From the NCBI RefSeq assembly GCF_902713615.1, contig NC_052168.1, forward strand, positions 5,580,001 to 5,644,000: DNA of 64,000 nucleotides. Direction: 5' to 3'. The stretch comes from Scyliorhinus canicula. Its lineage: Eukaryota. This document shows positions 48,729 to 61,200 of the stretch, one piece after another. How positions within the stretch are numbered: the first letter of the stretch is position 1; every line of letters starts with the position of its first letter. The translations under genes were made by a program, and so were the position numbers. The notes beneath the pieces were generated by a model, which saw only the letters and a program-made list of their open reading frames with translations, searched no databases and was not told the origin of the DNA.

Positions 48729-51700
48729 ATGTTGTCAAGTGTTAAACTGTTTCTTGTAGTCTTTGCTCTTTTGGGGGAGGAATCATTCTCTCAACCCACT
48801 AGGTGTAGATAATTCCACAATAAGGGAGTTCCATGGTTTTGACCCAGTGACAATGAGGGAATGGCGAGTTCTGATTTCGTGATTTAATATGGGGATGAGT
48901 GAGAAAAATATCAGGCATGATTGAATGGTGGAGCAGACTCAAATGGGCCGAGTGGCCTAATTCTGCTCCTGTCCTGACCCCTGCATCTGTCTGTACCATG
49001 TGTTCAGCAATTACTTGCCACTTGAACAATATGCTGCTTTCCTATTCTACCTGCTTTTGAGTGGACAAGAACAAAAAGTACAGCACAGGAACAGGCCCTT
49101 CGGCCCGTGCTGCCCGTCTAAACTAAAATCTTCTACACTTCTGGGGTCTGTATCCCTCTATTCCGATCCTATTCATATATTTGTCAAGATGCCCCTTAAA
49201 CGTCACTATCATCCCTGCTTCCACCACCACCTCCGGCAGCGAGTTCCAGGCACCCACTACCCTCTGTGTAATTTTTTTTTTTTTTTAAACTTTCCTCATA
49301 TCTCCTCTAAACCTTGCCCCTCACACCTTAAACCTATGCACCCCTAGTAACTGACCCCTTTGAACGTTCTCCCTGTCTGGGTTTGCTCCGGTTTCCTCCC
49401 ACAGCACCAAAGATGTGCCGGTTAGGTGAATTGGCCATGCTAAATTGCCCCTTTAGTGTCCAAAAGGTTAGGTGGGGATAGGGTGGAGGTGTGGCCTTTA
49501 TGTAGGGTGCTCTTTCCAAGGGCATATGCAGACTCGCTGGGCTGAATGGCCTTCTGCACTGTAAATTCTATACTGGCTGGCTCTAACTTGTCCCCCTCTG
49601 CTCTAGTATTGCGAACTATAATCATAGACTGGTTACTCCTTCCTCCACCAGGAGGTGGTAGTCCTGTCTAGCACTATTTTAAAAAAAAAACCAAGACACT
49701 CTAAATACCAAAACACTTCTTTCCAAGGGCCATGTGTGTCACTGTCTCAGATGGCATTTGTTGCCCATCCCTAATTTCCCTTTTACTGAGTGGCTAAGAG
49801 TCAACCACATTGCTATGGGCCTGGAGTCATGTAGGGCAGACTGGGTAAGGATGGTGGATTTCCTTCACTGAAGGTTGTTAGTAAACCAGATGGGTGTTTT
49901 TTTTTAAACAATTGATTAGTTTGAACCAGTGTTTTTCTGAACATTAGTTTTGGTCATTGGATTACTAGTGCCATTACCACTACAGCATTGTATTCAATGT
50001 ATTCCTGCATATCTTGTGCAAATAGTTGAGACTGCTTGTCCAAAGATGATGGTTAACGGTTGGTTACTAATCAAATGGAGTTTGTTACGTATCAACAAAA
50101 TTGTACTGCGTGAAGCCTGTTACAAACATGCCTGGGTAAACTGTTCAAATCTTACCTCTCCACAAATAATTTTCTTGTTTGAATGAACAGGCACTTCAAA
50201 CCTAAACATTATCAGTGTCACCTGATTGTTCCTGAGTGACTTGCACCTGTGGTGTTGATAAAACTGTAGCTTTCCAAACCTGTGACCTCCACCACCTGTT
50301 ACTTCAAGCTCCACTCCAGGGGTAAGTCTTGTCTGACACTCCCAGTGCAGTTTGGAGGGAGTGCTGCACTGCCCACGCAGCTGTGCTTGTGGATGTTGAA
50401 CCCCTCAAGTGGGCATCGGGTGGTGGAATTCTCCTGGTGTCTTGGCCAACATTCGTCCCTGAACCAGTATCATCTGGTCATTTATCTTTTTGCACTGTAC
50501 AAACTGGTTTCACCATTTACCTACAGAAATGTCACGCCACTTCTAGTTGATTTTTAAAATTCATTTGCAGGATGTGGCCATCGCTGGCTAGGCCACCATT
50601 TATTGCCCATCCCCTAATTGCCCTTCAGGTGGTGGTGAGATGTGTTGTTGAACTGCCGCAGTCTCTGTGGGAGAGCTACACCCACAGTGCTGCGAGGGAG
50701 GGAGTGACAGGAATTTGATCAGGTGACGGTGAAGAAACAACCAAAAAATGGTTCTGATCATTTATGGGATGTATGTGCTGCTGGTTAGACCCAGCGTTTA
50801 TTGCCCATCCCTAGTTGCCCTTCAGAAGGTGGTGGTGAGCTGCCTTCTTGAACCACTGCAGTCCTTGAGGTGTATATAATCCCAAGGTTTAAAAAAAATT
50901 TATAGTACCCAATTAATTTTTTCCAATTAAGGGGCAATTTAGCGTGGCCAATCCACCCAACCTGCACGTCTTTGGGATGTGGGAGCGAAACCCACGCGGA
51001 CACAGGGAGAATGTGCAAACTCCACACGGACAGTGACCCGGGGTCGGGATCGAACCTGGGGCCTCGGCGCCGTGAGGAGTCTGCTAACCACTGCCCCACC
51101 TTGCTGCAATATAATTCCAAGTTGGCTGTGAAAGACCTTTATACAAGTGTAAATTCTTTTGAGTTGTCAGCGCAGATGCACTGTTTCTTTCAGGGTTCTG
51201 CCAGGGTTCCCAAGTGCATTGTTAGGTGTGAGACAGAATCATATAGATCAGGGGGTTTTCCAGTTCAGTATCACGTCTGGTGAGCACCTAGTGAGTGAGA
51301 GCACAAAGTGGGCCCAGTATCCCAGAGGTCTGTGTGAAATGGGTTCAGATAAAAGCTGGCATCCCTTTTCGCGATCACTGTATAAACAAAAATGACAGGC
51401 CTGAAAAGACACGAGGGATCACCAAAAAAGGCTGGTTGTTTGGGCATATTACAGGAGGACAACTAGTACTGATGCTTCACAGCACCAGGGTCCCAGGTTC
51501 GATTCCCGGCTTGGGTCTGCACGTTCTCCTCGTGTCGGCGAGGGTTTCCTCCGGGTGCTCCGGTTTCCTCCCACAAGCCCCGAAAGACGTGCTTGTTGGG
51601 CGAATTGGACATTCTGAATTCTCCCGCTGTGTACCCAAACAGAATGTGGCGACTAGGGGCTTTTCACAGTAACTTCATTACAGCGTTAATGTAAGCCCAC

Positions 51701-51875
51701 TTGTGACAATAAAGATTATTATTATTAGCTCCCCAGTCAAGCACCTTCGGGGGGGGGGGGGGAGCTCATCCATAATCTCGGCACGTGCAACGCTCTCCGT
51801 GTGAAAAGGGACCCAAGTCTTTCCCTGTGGATCTGAGAAACATTAACAGGCAAAAACAGCAACGGTTTAAGAACT

Positions 51876-51881
51876 TTTATT
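51876..51881 (-). terminator. Polyadenylation signal of ferritin C
   Basis: AATAAA on the minus strand ~260 nt after the stop, followed by GTTGCTGTTTTTG. Confidence 0.65.
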
Positions 51882-52142
51882 TGGGAACAGATTGTAAAGT
51901 TGTTCTTTCCGGAATGATTATCCAGTGCATTTTTGTGACCAGATGGGATCACTTTAATACCACGGCCATTTTGGTAAAAACAATGTCATAACTTAACATA
52001 GAGGACAACAGGATCACCCTGTTGAACAATGGAATTCCTTCGACCAATCAGGGTGACGAGCTTGCAAAAAAAAAAACCGAAGGAAGGCAGACCTAGCAGA
52101 CGCAAGTCTAATGAGCCAAAGTTGGCCAAACATAACCTCTCC

Positions 52143-52298
52143 TTAACTGCTCTCCCCCAGGGTGTGCTTGTCGAACAGATATTCCCCCATGCCATTATCG
52201 GGAGCTCCCAATCGCTTCAAGTTAGTAATATGCTCTCCAAGCCTCGTAATGGCCACAATTTGCTCATTCAAGTAGTTTGATTCCAGGAATTCGCATAG
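52143..52298 (-). CDS. Ferritin C exon 4 ([51 protein letters not shown])
   Basis: Manual translation; polypyrimidine tract plus CAG acceptor at 52299-52301; this frame is absent from the ORF track. Confidence 0.93.
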   Translation of the reverse strand, partial: LCEFLESNYLNEQIVAITRLGEHITNLKRLGAPDNGMGEYLFDKHTLGESS

Positions 52299-55200
52299 CT
52301 GAAAGAGAAAGAAAATGGGGTCTCATCTCCATCCTGAAACTTACTTCGCCAACCTGGCACGCTCCAGCTTACAGCTCCCAGACCCTGCTGATGGGTTTGG
52401 AGTTATCAGCCTCAATCCCAATTACGTTATCCAGTTGAATAAGGAAGCAAATTTCAAGGCAGGAATTGTTCACAGCCAGTTAGATGGTTCTTTACGACCG
52501 CAGCCAGCCTCTGAGTCTCCCAGTGCAATAAAAAAAAGAACCCTGGGAGGTCTTGGCTCTCCTCCAATTCAGGCCTCTTGCAAACCCTGATTTAATCACT
52601 ACAACTCTGGTAAACCCTCAGCTGCTTCAGTCCCAAGACCTGGACTTGCCGCCCTCAACCTCGCCTCCTTTTGGATGCTCCTCACAACCTCTTTAATTTA
52701 TTCTTTCACGGGCTGTGGGTATCGCTGGCAAAGGCGGCATTTATTGCCCAGTCCTAATTACCCTTGAACGAGTGACTTGCCAGACCATTTCAGGGGACAG
52801 TTAACATTGATCTGGAGCCATACGTAAGCCAGAGCAGGTAAGGACAGCAGATTTCCTTTCCGCCAGGGCATTAGTGAACCAGAGACTTTTATTTATTTTT
52901 GTATAAATTTAGAGTACCCAATTTTTTTTTCCCAATTAAGGGGCAATTTAGCGTGGCCAATCCACCTACCCTGCAGAGCTTTGGGAGGTGGGGGTGAAAC
53001 CCACACAGACAAGGGGAGAATGTGCAAACTCCACACGGACAGTGACCCAGGGCCGCGATTCGTCCTCTGCGCCGCAGTCCCAGTGCTAACCACTGTGCCA
53101 CCGTGCCGCCCCACCAGAGATTTTTCTGACAATTGGTGATAGCTTTGCGGTCAGCATTACTGAGCCGAGCTCACAACTGTAGATTTTATTAGCTTACCTT
53201 TTGAGATTTTGTTGATTGCATTTTTAAAAATTTAGTGTACCCAATTAATTTTTTCCCAATTAAGGGGCAATTTAGCCTGGCCAATCCACCTACTCTGCAC
53301 ATCTTTTGGGTTGTGGGGGAGAAACCCATGCAGACAAGGAGAGAATCTGCAAACTCCACACGGACAGTGACCCAGAGCCGGGCTCGAACCTGGGACCTTG
53401 AGGCAGCAGTGCTAACCACTGCGCCGCCGTGCTGGCCTTATTGATTGCATTTTTAAAAATTCCACAAGCTGCCATGGTGGAATTTGAACTGAAGCACCTA
53501 TCCAGGCGATATCTGACAAAGATTGACATCGAGCCTCTTAAAGGGGAGGCCCAGGCTAACACTCTGGGGCTTCAGTTCAAATCCCACCATGGCAGCATGT
53601 GGAATTTTAAAAAATGCAATCAATAAGGGCAGCACGGTGGCACAGTGGGTAGCACTGCTGCCTCACGGCACCAAGGTCCCAGGTTCGATCCCGGCTCTGG
53701 GTCACTGTGGACTTGGGGAGAGTGCTCTTTCGGGCCGAAAGGCCATCCTCCGCACTGCTGAGATTCTGTGATTATATATAAATGACAGCTAGGGGCAGCA
53801 CGGTGCTGAGGACCTGGGTTCGAATCCCGGCCCTGGGTCACTGTCTGTGAGGAGTTTGCACATTCTCCCCGTGTCTGCGTGGGTTTCACCCCCACAGCCC
53901 AAAGATGTGCGGGTTAGGCGGATTGGTCACATTAAATTGCCCCTTAATTGGAAAAAATAATTGGGTACTCTAAATTAAAAAAATATATATATAAATGACA
54001 GCTGTTGTATTTGCCCGCCTGTGAATCAGCGTTTGAAGCAGGTTCGTTAATATGATTCCGGGGTGTGACTATGTGGGGGTTTTCTGCCCTTTTGGAGTGG
54101 AACGTCTCTCCACGCCTTACAAAGTAAACGACGGACAGGATCATATATCCCCTTCCTGATCCACCAACCATCAATCAATCACGGGGCATTTTAATAATCT
54201 TTACCCTATCCAAGAGGAGCAAAGCAGGGCAGAGTCACAGAGTATATTCTTGGTTAGATTCTCCCCGTTTATGTTTAATCTGTAAGCTCTACAGGTGAGA
54301 ATGAGGCTGTTCAGCCTTTGGCCCCTGTGCTGGCCCCATGGGAGAGCTATCTAATTCCATCCCACTCCCCTATCCGTTCGCCGAACTCCTTCAAAACTTT
54401 ATCTTTTCAAGCGTTCACCCAATTCCCTTTGGAAAATGACCACTTAATCTGCTGCCACTGCTCGTTCAGGCAGCAGATTTCCAAACCACTACAGTTGTAT
54501 CGAACCTTGGTATGGTCGCACTTGGAATATTGCACACAATTCTGGTCGCCACACTACTAGAAGGATGTGGAGGCTTTGGAGAGGGTGCAGAGGAGGTTTA
54601 CCGGGATGTTGCCTGGTCTGGAGGGTGTTAGCTATGCGGAGTGGCTGAATAGACGCGGACTGTTTTCATTAGAAAGACGGAGGTTGAGGTGCGACCTGAT
54701 AGAGGTCTATAAGATTATGAGGGGCATGGATAGAGTGGATGGGCAGGCACTCTTTCCCAGGGTGGAGGGGTCAGTCACCAGGGGGCATAGGTTTAAGGTC
54801 CGTGGGGCAAAGTTTAGAGGAGATGTGCGAGGCAGGTTTTTTACACAGAGGGTGGTGAGTGCCTGGAACGCGTTGCCAGGGAAGGTTGTGGAAGCAGATA
54901 CATTAACGGCGTTCAAAGGGCATCTTGACAAACACATGGATAGGATGGTAGAGAGGGCACAAGGAAGTGCTGAGGGTTTTGGCAAAGATTGGTATCGACC
55001 AGTACAGGCTTGGAGGGCCGAAGGGCCTGTTCCTGTGCTGTATTGTTCTTTGTTAAGTAAAAAAGCAAATCACTGCGGCGCTGGAATCAGAAACAAAAGC
55101 AGAAAATGCTGGACAATCTCAGCGAGTCTGACAGCATCTGTGGCAAGAGAAGGGAGCTAACGTTTCGAGTCTGGATGACTCCTTATCAAAGCCAGAGAGG

Positions 55201-58200
55201 GCTGGGACAGGGCTGAGATTTATACTGTTGTGGGGGAGGCGCGAGCAGTCGGGGCAAATCATGACTCGCTGCCTTAAATTTCTTTAATCTTCATCTACCC
55301 CTCTGTTTCTTTCTTTAATTATCTTAAATCTGTGTCATCCGGTTACCGGCCCTCCCACCAGTGAAATAGTTTCTCCTCATCTATTCCACCCAAACGTCTC
55401 ATCAATTTTAAACACAAGAGATTATTGTGCAAGATTAAAGCGCATGGGATTGGGGGAAGTGTACTGAGGTGGATAGAAAACTGGTTGGCAGAGAGGAAAC
55501 AAAGAGTAGGAATTAATGGGTCCTTTTCAAATTGGAAGGCAGTAACTAGTGAGGTGCCACAGGGATCGGTGCTGGGACCCCAGCTATTCACATTACATAT
55601 TAATGATTTGGATGAGGGACCAAAAAAAGTAACATCTCAAAGTTTGCAGATGATACCAAGTTGGGTGGGATGGTGAACTGTGACGTGGATGCAGAGATCC
55701 TACAGCATGATCTGGACAGGTTGGGCGAGTGGGCAAGTCAATGGCAGATGCAGTATAATTTGGATAAGTGTGAGGTAATTCACTTTGGAAGCAAAAACAG
55801 GAAGGCAGATTACTACCTGAATCGTTGTAAATTGGGAGAGGGGGCGTGTGCAGCGAGACCTGGGTGTCCTTGTGCACCAGTCGCTGAAGGTAAGCATGCA
55901 GGAGCAGCAGGCGGTAAAGTATGCTGGCCTTCATTGCGAGAGGTTTCGAGTATAGAAGCAGGGATGTGTTACTGCAATTATACAGGGCCTTGGTGGGGCC
56001 ACACCTAGAATATTGTGTGCAGTTTTGGTCTCCTTCTCTGAGGAAGGATGTTCTTGCTCTCGAGGGAGTGCAGCGAAGGTTTACCAGACTGATTCCAGGG
56101 ATGGCGGGACTGTCACATGACGAGAGATTGACTAGGTTAGGATTGTTCTCGCTGGAGTTCAGAAGAATGAGGACAGACTTATAAAATTCTAACAGGACTA
56201 GACAGGGTAGATGCAGGGAAGATGTTCCCGATGGTGGGTGTGTCTAGAACCAGGGGTCACAGTCTGAGGATTCAGGGTAAACCATTTCGGACAGAGATGA
56301 GGAGACATTTCTTCACCGAAAGTGTGGTGAGCCTTTGGAATTCATTACCACAGGAAGTAGTTGATGCTAAAACATTGAATATATTCAAGAGGCGGCTGGA
56401 TATAACACTTGGGGAGAATGGGATCAAAGGTTCTGGGGAGAAAGCAGGATTAGGCTATTGAGTTGGATGAACAGCCATGATCGTGATGAACGGCGGAGCA
56501 GGCTCGAAGGGCCAAAAGGCCTCCTCCTGCTCCTATCTGCTAGGTATCTATGTAACGTCGATCATATCCACGCAGAACCTTTTCTGCTTTTAAGGTTGGT
56601 AAATTTATACATAAAATCTGGGTGGTCAAGGTTTGGCGAGATTCGCGCAACTCACAGAATGATCATCCTGGTCGGACGCCAGTTTGTGTAGGTCCAGGAT
56701 ACACTGGTTCACTTCCTTCTCCAGGTGCAGGGCCTGTTCCATCGCCTCTAAGCCGTTGCCCCATTCGTCCTGTTTGGGTTTCTGGAAATAAAGGCAAAGT
56801 GGCTCACTGGAGCTGAAGGACATTTCGTAACGTTGGGCGAAGCGGGTGGGAAGGGAAAGCAAAGGGGACGGAGAGATCTCCCTCCCGCTAACCTTGATGT
56901 CCTTGAGGATGATGCGACCTCCGCGCAGATTCTGAAACTTCATCAGCTTCGCAGCATGTTCCTGCTCCTCGAGCGACTGCTCCAAGTAAAACTTGGCAAA
57001 GTTCCTCAGAGCGATATCATCCCGCTCGAAGTAGTAGGCCTGAAGCAGAGAAGACAAGGGAGTGACGACGGGACTCAGGGCACCCTCGCTTCCACGGCGC
57101 GCACCCTCCCGACACGAACGTACTTCATTTCAACCATTCACTGCCGAACACGATTGCTGAGCAACGTGTCGCCACGGGGACCCCTTCGGCCCTTCAAAAT
57201 GCTATCCCACAACATCTTCTCAGGACAAATAAGAATGGCTAAGGGTCAGCTGTGCCTCAGTGGGTAACCCTCTTACCTGACTTCGAAGGTTGTGGGTTTC
57301 CACACACTCCAGAGAGGTGACGCTCCTCTTGTAGTTTGGAGCACCGCATTGTTGTGAGACACGAAACCGAGGTGGAATTAAAAGATGCAATAGCGCTACT
57401 TTGAAGAGCATGAGAGTTATCCCTGGTGCCCTGGCTAATATATATCCCTTAACCAAAATCACTAAAACAAATTCAGATGATATAGTCTTTCTCTCATTGA
57501 TGTTTGTGTAAGCTTGCTGTATGCAAGTTGGCTGGCGCGCTCCCTAATGGTCAGTGGTGACTAAACCTCAGGAAAGTACTTAATTGGCTGGAAGTGCTTT
57601 GGGGATATCCTGAGGATGGGAAAGAGTCTATATAAATGCAAGTTCTTTCTTTAACAATGGAAGGGCAGGGTTAGCCCTGCTGCCTCACGGCGCCGAGGTC
57701 CCAGGTTCGATCCCGGCTCTGGGTCACTGTCCGTATGGAGTTCGCACATTCTCCCCGTGTCTGCGTGGGTTTCACCCCCACAACCCAAAGGTGTGCAGGT
57801 TAGGTGGATTGGCCAGGCTAAATTGCCCCTTAATTGGAAAAAAAAAATAATTGGGTACTCTAAATTTATAAAAAAAAACAATGGAAGTGCCTATGTAAAC
57901 ATGTCACACTGCTGTTACATCCTCCTGCCACTGGAGGCTCTGCATCTCCGTAGGCAGAAGGGTGTATGTACAACATGACGGGCTTACATACCTTATAAAC
58001 AGGACATCGACCTGGGAGGAATGTGAGTTGATGTAACAATCTGAGGAAGTTCCCCTTGCAATTAAGGACATTACATTTTCCTTCCACATCTCTTGCTGAT
58101 TCTTGTACAAGGACATCCAGATCCCTCTGCATTTTAGCAGTCTCTCATTAGTTAAATAATAGTTTGCTTTTCTGCCAAAGTGGCCCAGCTCATATTTTCC

Positions 58201-61200
58201 CACATCATACTTCATCTGCCAATTATTTTGCCCACTCACTCAGCCTATCTAAATCCCTTTTCAGACTGTACCCTCCTCACATCTTGCATTCCTACCGATC
58301 TTTGCATCATCAGCAATTCTGGCTACGCCAGTCCCTTCATCCAAGTCATTAACATAGGGAGTAAATAGTTCAGGTCCCTGTGGCACTCCACTAATTATGT
58401 TTGCCAACCTGAAAATGACCAATTTATCTCGATTTTTGTTTTCTTGCATGACAATGGTAAGATGTTAGTAAAATTGGATGATTAATGTAGTGGGCAATGT
58501 TAAGGGTCAAACACCTGGGGTTAGAATGTGTGTGTTTAAAAAGAATTCTGTTCTGCGGGGCCCGGGTGGTTTTAGCGGCCAGCAAGTGAAATTGACAGAG
58601 GAATGTGTTTGTCAGTCTGGGCTAATGCATCACGGTTTGCCTGGGGAAGTTGTTTTTCAGCTTGAAGAGATGAGGTCATTTCGGGCTGGAGCCCAGGAAG
58701 GCAGAGAGAGACATTTTGAAAGTATTAGAGAGGCAACTGGTGGAGAAACTCTTTGGAGAGAGGAGTTGCATTCTGATCTGCCTGATACTGAGTCCACAAA
58801 TCTCCCGCAGTAAGTTAGATTGAGATCTGTATGTTTCTTTTCTTATTGTTTAATGGGAAATTGAGTAGCATTGTTCAAGGTGTAAATTGTAAGCTGTTAT
58901 TTCTGGGTGTGAAGTTAAAAAGTTTAATATTGTAGTTATAATAAAGTTTTAAAACTAACCAAGCACTATTTCTTCATGCAATCACTCCTGGAGCGAATCA
59001 TTCTTTCCACAAATAAACTGAAATATTGGGGATTTGGTCCAGTATCCTAGCCACTGTTGGGATCTGGTCTGGGATCGTACTACTGAATCCATGCTAATAT
59101 ATCAACCACGACACCATGGGCCTTTATCTGGTGCAGTTACTTTTTACGTGGCACCTTATTGAATGCCTTTTGGAAATCTAAATACATTATATCTACTGGT
59201 TCCCCTTTATCCACCCTGCTTGTTACATCCTCAAAGAACGCTAATCAATTTGTCAAATATGTTTTGCCTTCCACAAAAACGTACTGACTCTGCCTGTTGC
59301 CTTTTGCTTTTTCTAAATGCCTTACTACTACTTCCTTGAGAATGGATTCTAGCAATTTCCCAATGATAAATGATGGATTAGTCTCCACCAACTCTCTTCA
59401 ACAGTATAAAATCCATCACATTTCTACTTCTAAACAAGAGTCATATGGGCTCAAAACGCAAACTCTGTTTCTCTCTCCACAGATGCTGCCAGACCTGCTG
59501 AGTTTTTTCCCAATACTTCCTGTTTTTATTTCAGACTCACAGCATTAGGGGCGTTTTGCTTTAATTATAGTTTCCTGCTTTCCGTCTCCCTCCTTTCTTG
59601 AATATAGCAGTTACATTTGTGGTTTTCCAATCCTTTCCAGAACCTGGAGAATTGTGAAAGATTACGACCAATGCATCCATTGTCTCCACACCATTTCCTT
59701 TAAAAAAAAATCTAGGGTATGGTAATTGGGCGGAGGACCGACTGGGTCCCTGTGCGGAGAACCTGGACGTAATGGGCCGAGTGGCCTCTGTGCTGGCCAT
59801 CAGGTCCAGATGTATCAACCATTAGTGCCATTAGCTTTCCTCCTACTTTTTCGCCACTGATAGTGATTGTTGTACGTTCCTCCTACCATTTGCCTTTTCA
59901 TTACCAATTATTATTGGTATGCTTTATGCAAACAGATAACAAACGTTTGTTCAAAATCTCTGCCATTTCTTTGTTTCCCACTATTAATTCTCCAGTCACA
60001 CCTTTTAGGGGCTGGTTTAGCACACTAGCTAAATCGCTGGCTTTTAAAGCAGACCAAGGCAGGCTAGCAGCACGGTTCAATTCCTGTACCAGCCTCCCTG
60101 AACAGGCGCCGGAATGGGGCGACTAGGGGCTTTTCACAGTAACTTCATTGAAGCCTACTCGTGACAATAAGCGATTTTCATTTCATTTTTTTTCATTTTT
60201 AACGGGCCAGTGTTTACTTTAGCTACTCTCTTCCTTTTTATATACTTGTAGAAAGTGTAATTGTCTTTTTATATTACTTCCTAATTTTCTCACATATCCC
60301 AATTTCTCTACTCATCCTTCACCAGCTTTGAATGTTCCCAAACTTCTGGCACTAATTTGTCATGTTTTCTTTCAACTTGATACCCCCCCCCTTAACCTCC
60401 TTCTACAAATGATGCACCCTTCTCGTAGTATCTTTATCAATGGACTATATCTTTCTTATGAAAGACCTCCTTCACAAGGGCAGCACGGTAGCATGGTGGT
60501 TAGCATAAATGCTTCACAGCTCCAGGGTCCCAATTTTGGTTCCCGGCTGGGTCACTGTCTGTGCGGAGTCTGCACGTCCTCCCCATGTGTGCGTGGGCTT
60601 CCTCCGGGTGCTCCGATTTCCTCCCACAGTCCAAAGATGTGCGGGTTAGGTGGATTGGCCATGCTAAATTGCCCGTAGTGTCCTAAAAAGTAAGGTTAAG
60701 GGGGGGGGGGGGGGGGGGGGGGGGGGGTTGTTGGGTTACGGGTATAGGGTGGATACGTGGGTTTGAGTAGGGTGATCATTGCTCGGCACAACATCGAGGA
60801 CCAAAGGGCCTGTTCTGTGCTGTACTGTTCTATGTTCTAAATGTCTGCCACCCCTTTGCCACTGTCTAACCCTGCACTGCTGGCCTTGTTCTGCGTCACA
60901 AAGCAACTGTCTAGCCAACTGAGCTACACTGGCCCCCATACCGGCTGAGATTATTCATGAAGGCCCCACTTTCTCAACCTTGCACCTCGCCTGAGGTGTG
61001 GTGATCCTCAGGTTAAATCACCACCAGTCAGCTCTCCCCCTTAAAGGGGAAGCAGCCCGTGGTCATCTGGGACTATGGCGACTTTTGCCGTACCTTAGTC
61101 TAACCTTTCAATGTTTTTTTTGCCATTCCACTTTGGCCAACTCTGTTCTCATGCCCTTGTAATTGCCTTTATTTCAGTTTCAGACAGCAGTTTGGACACA

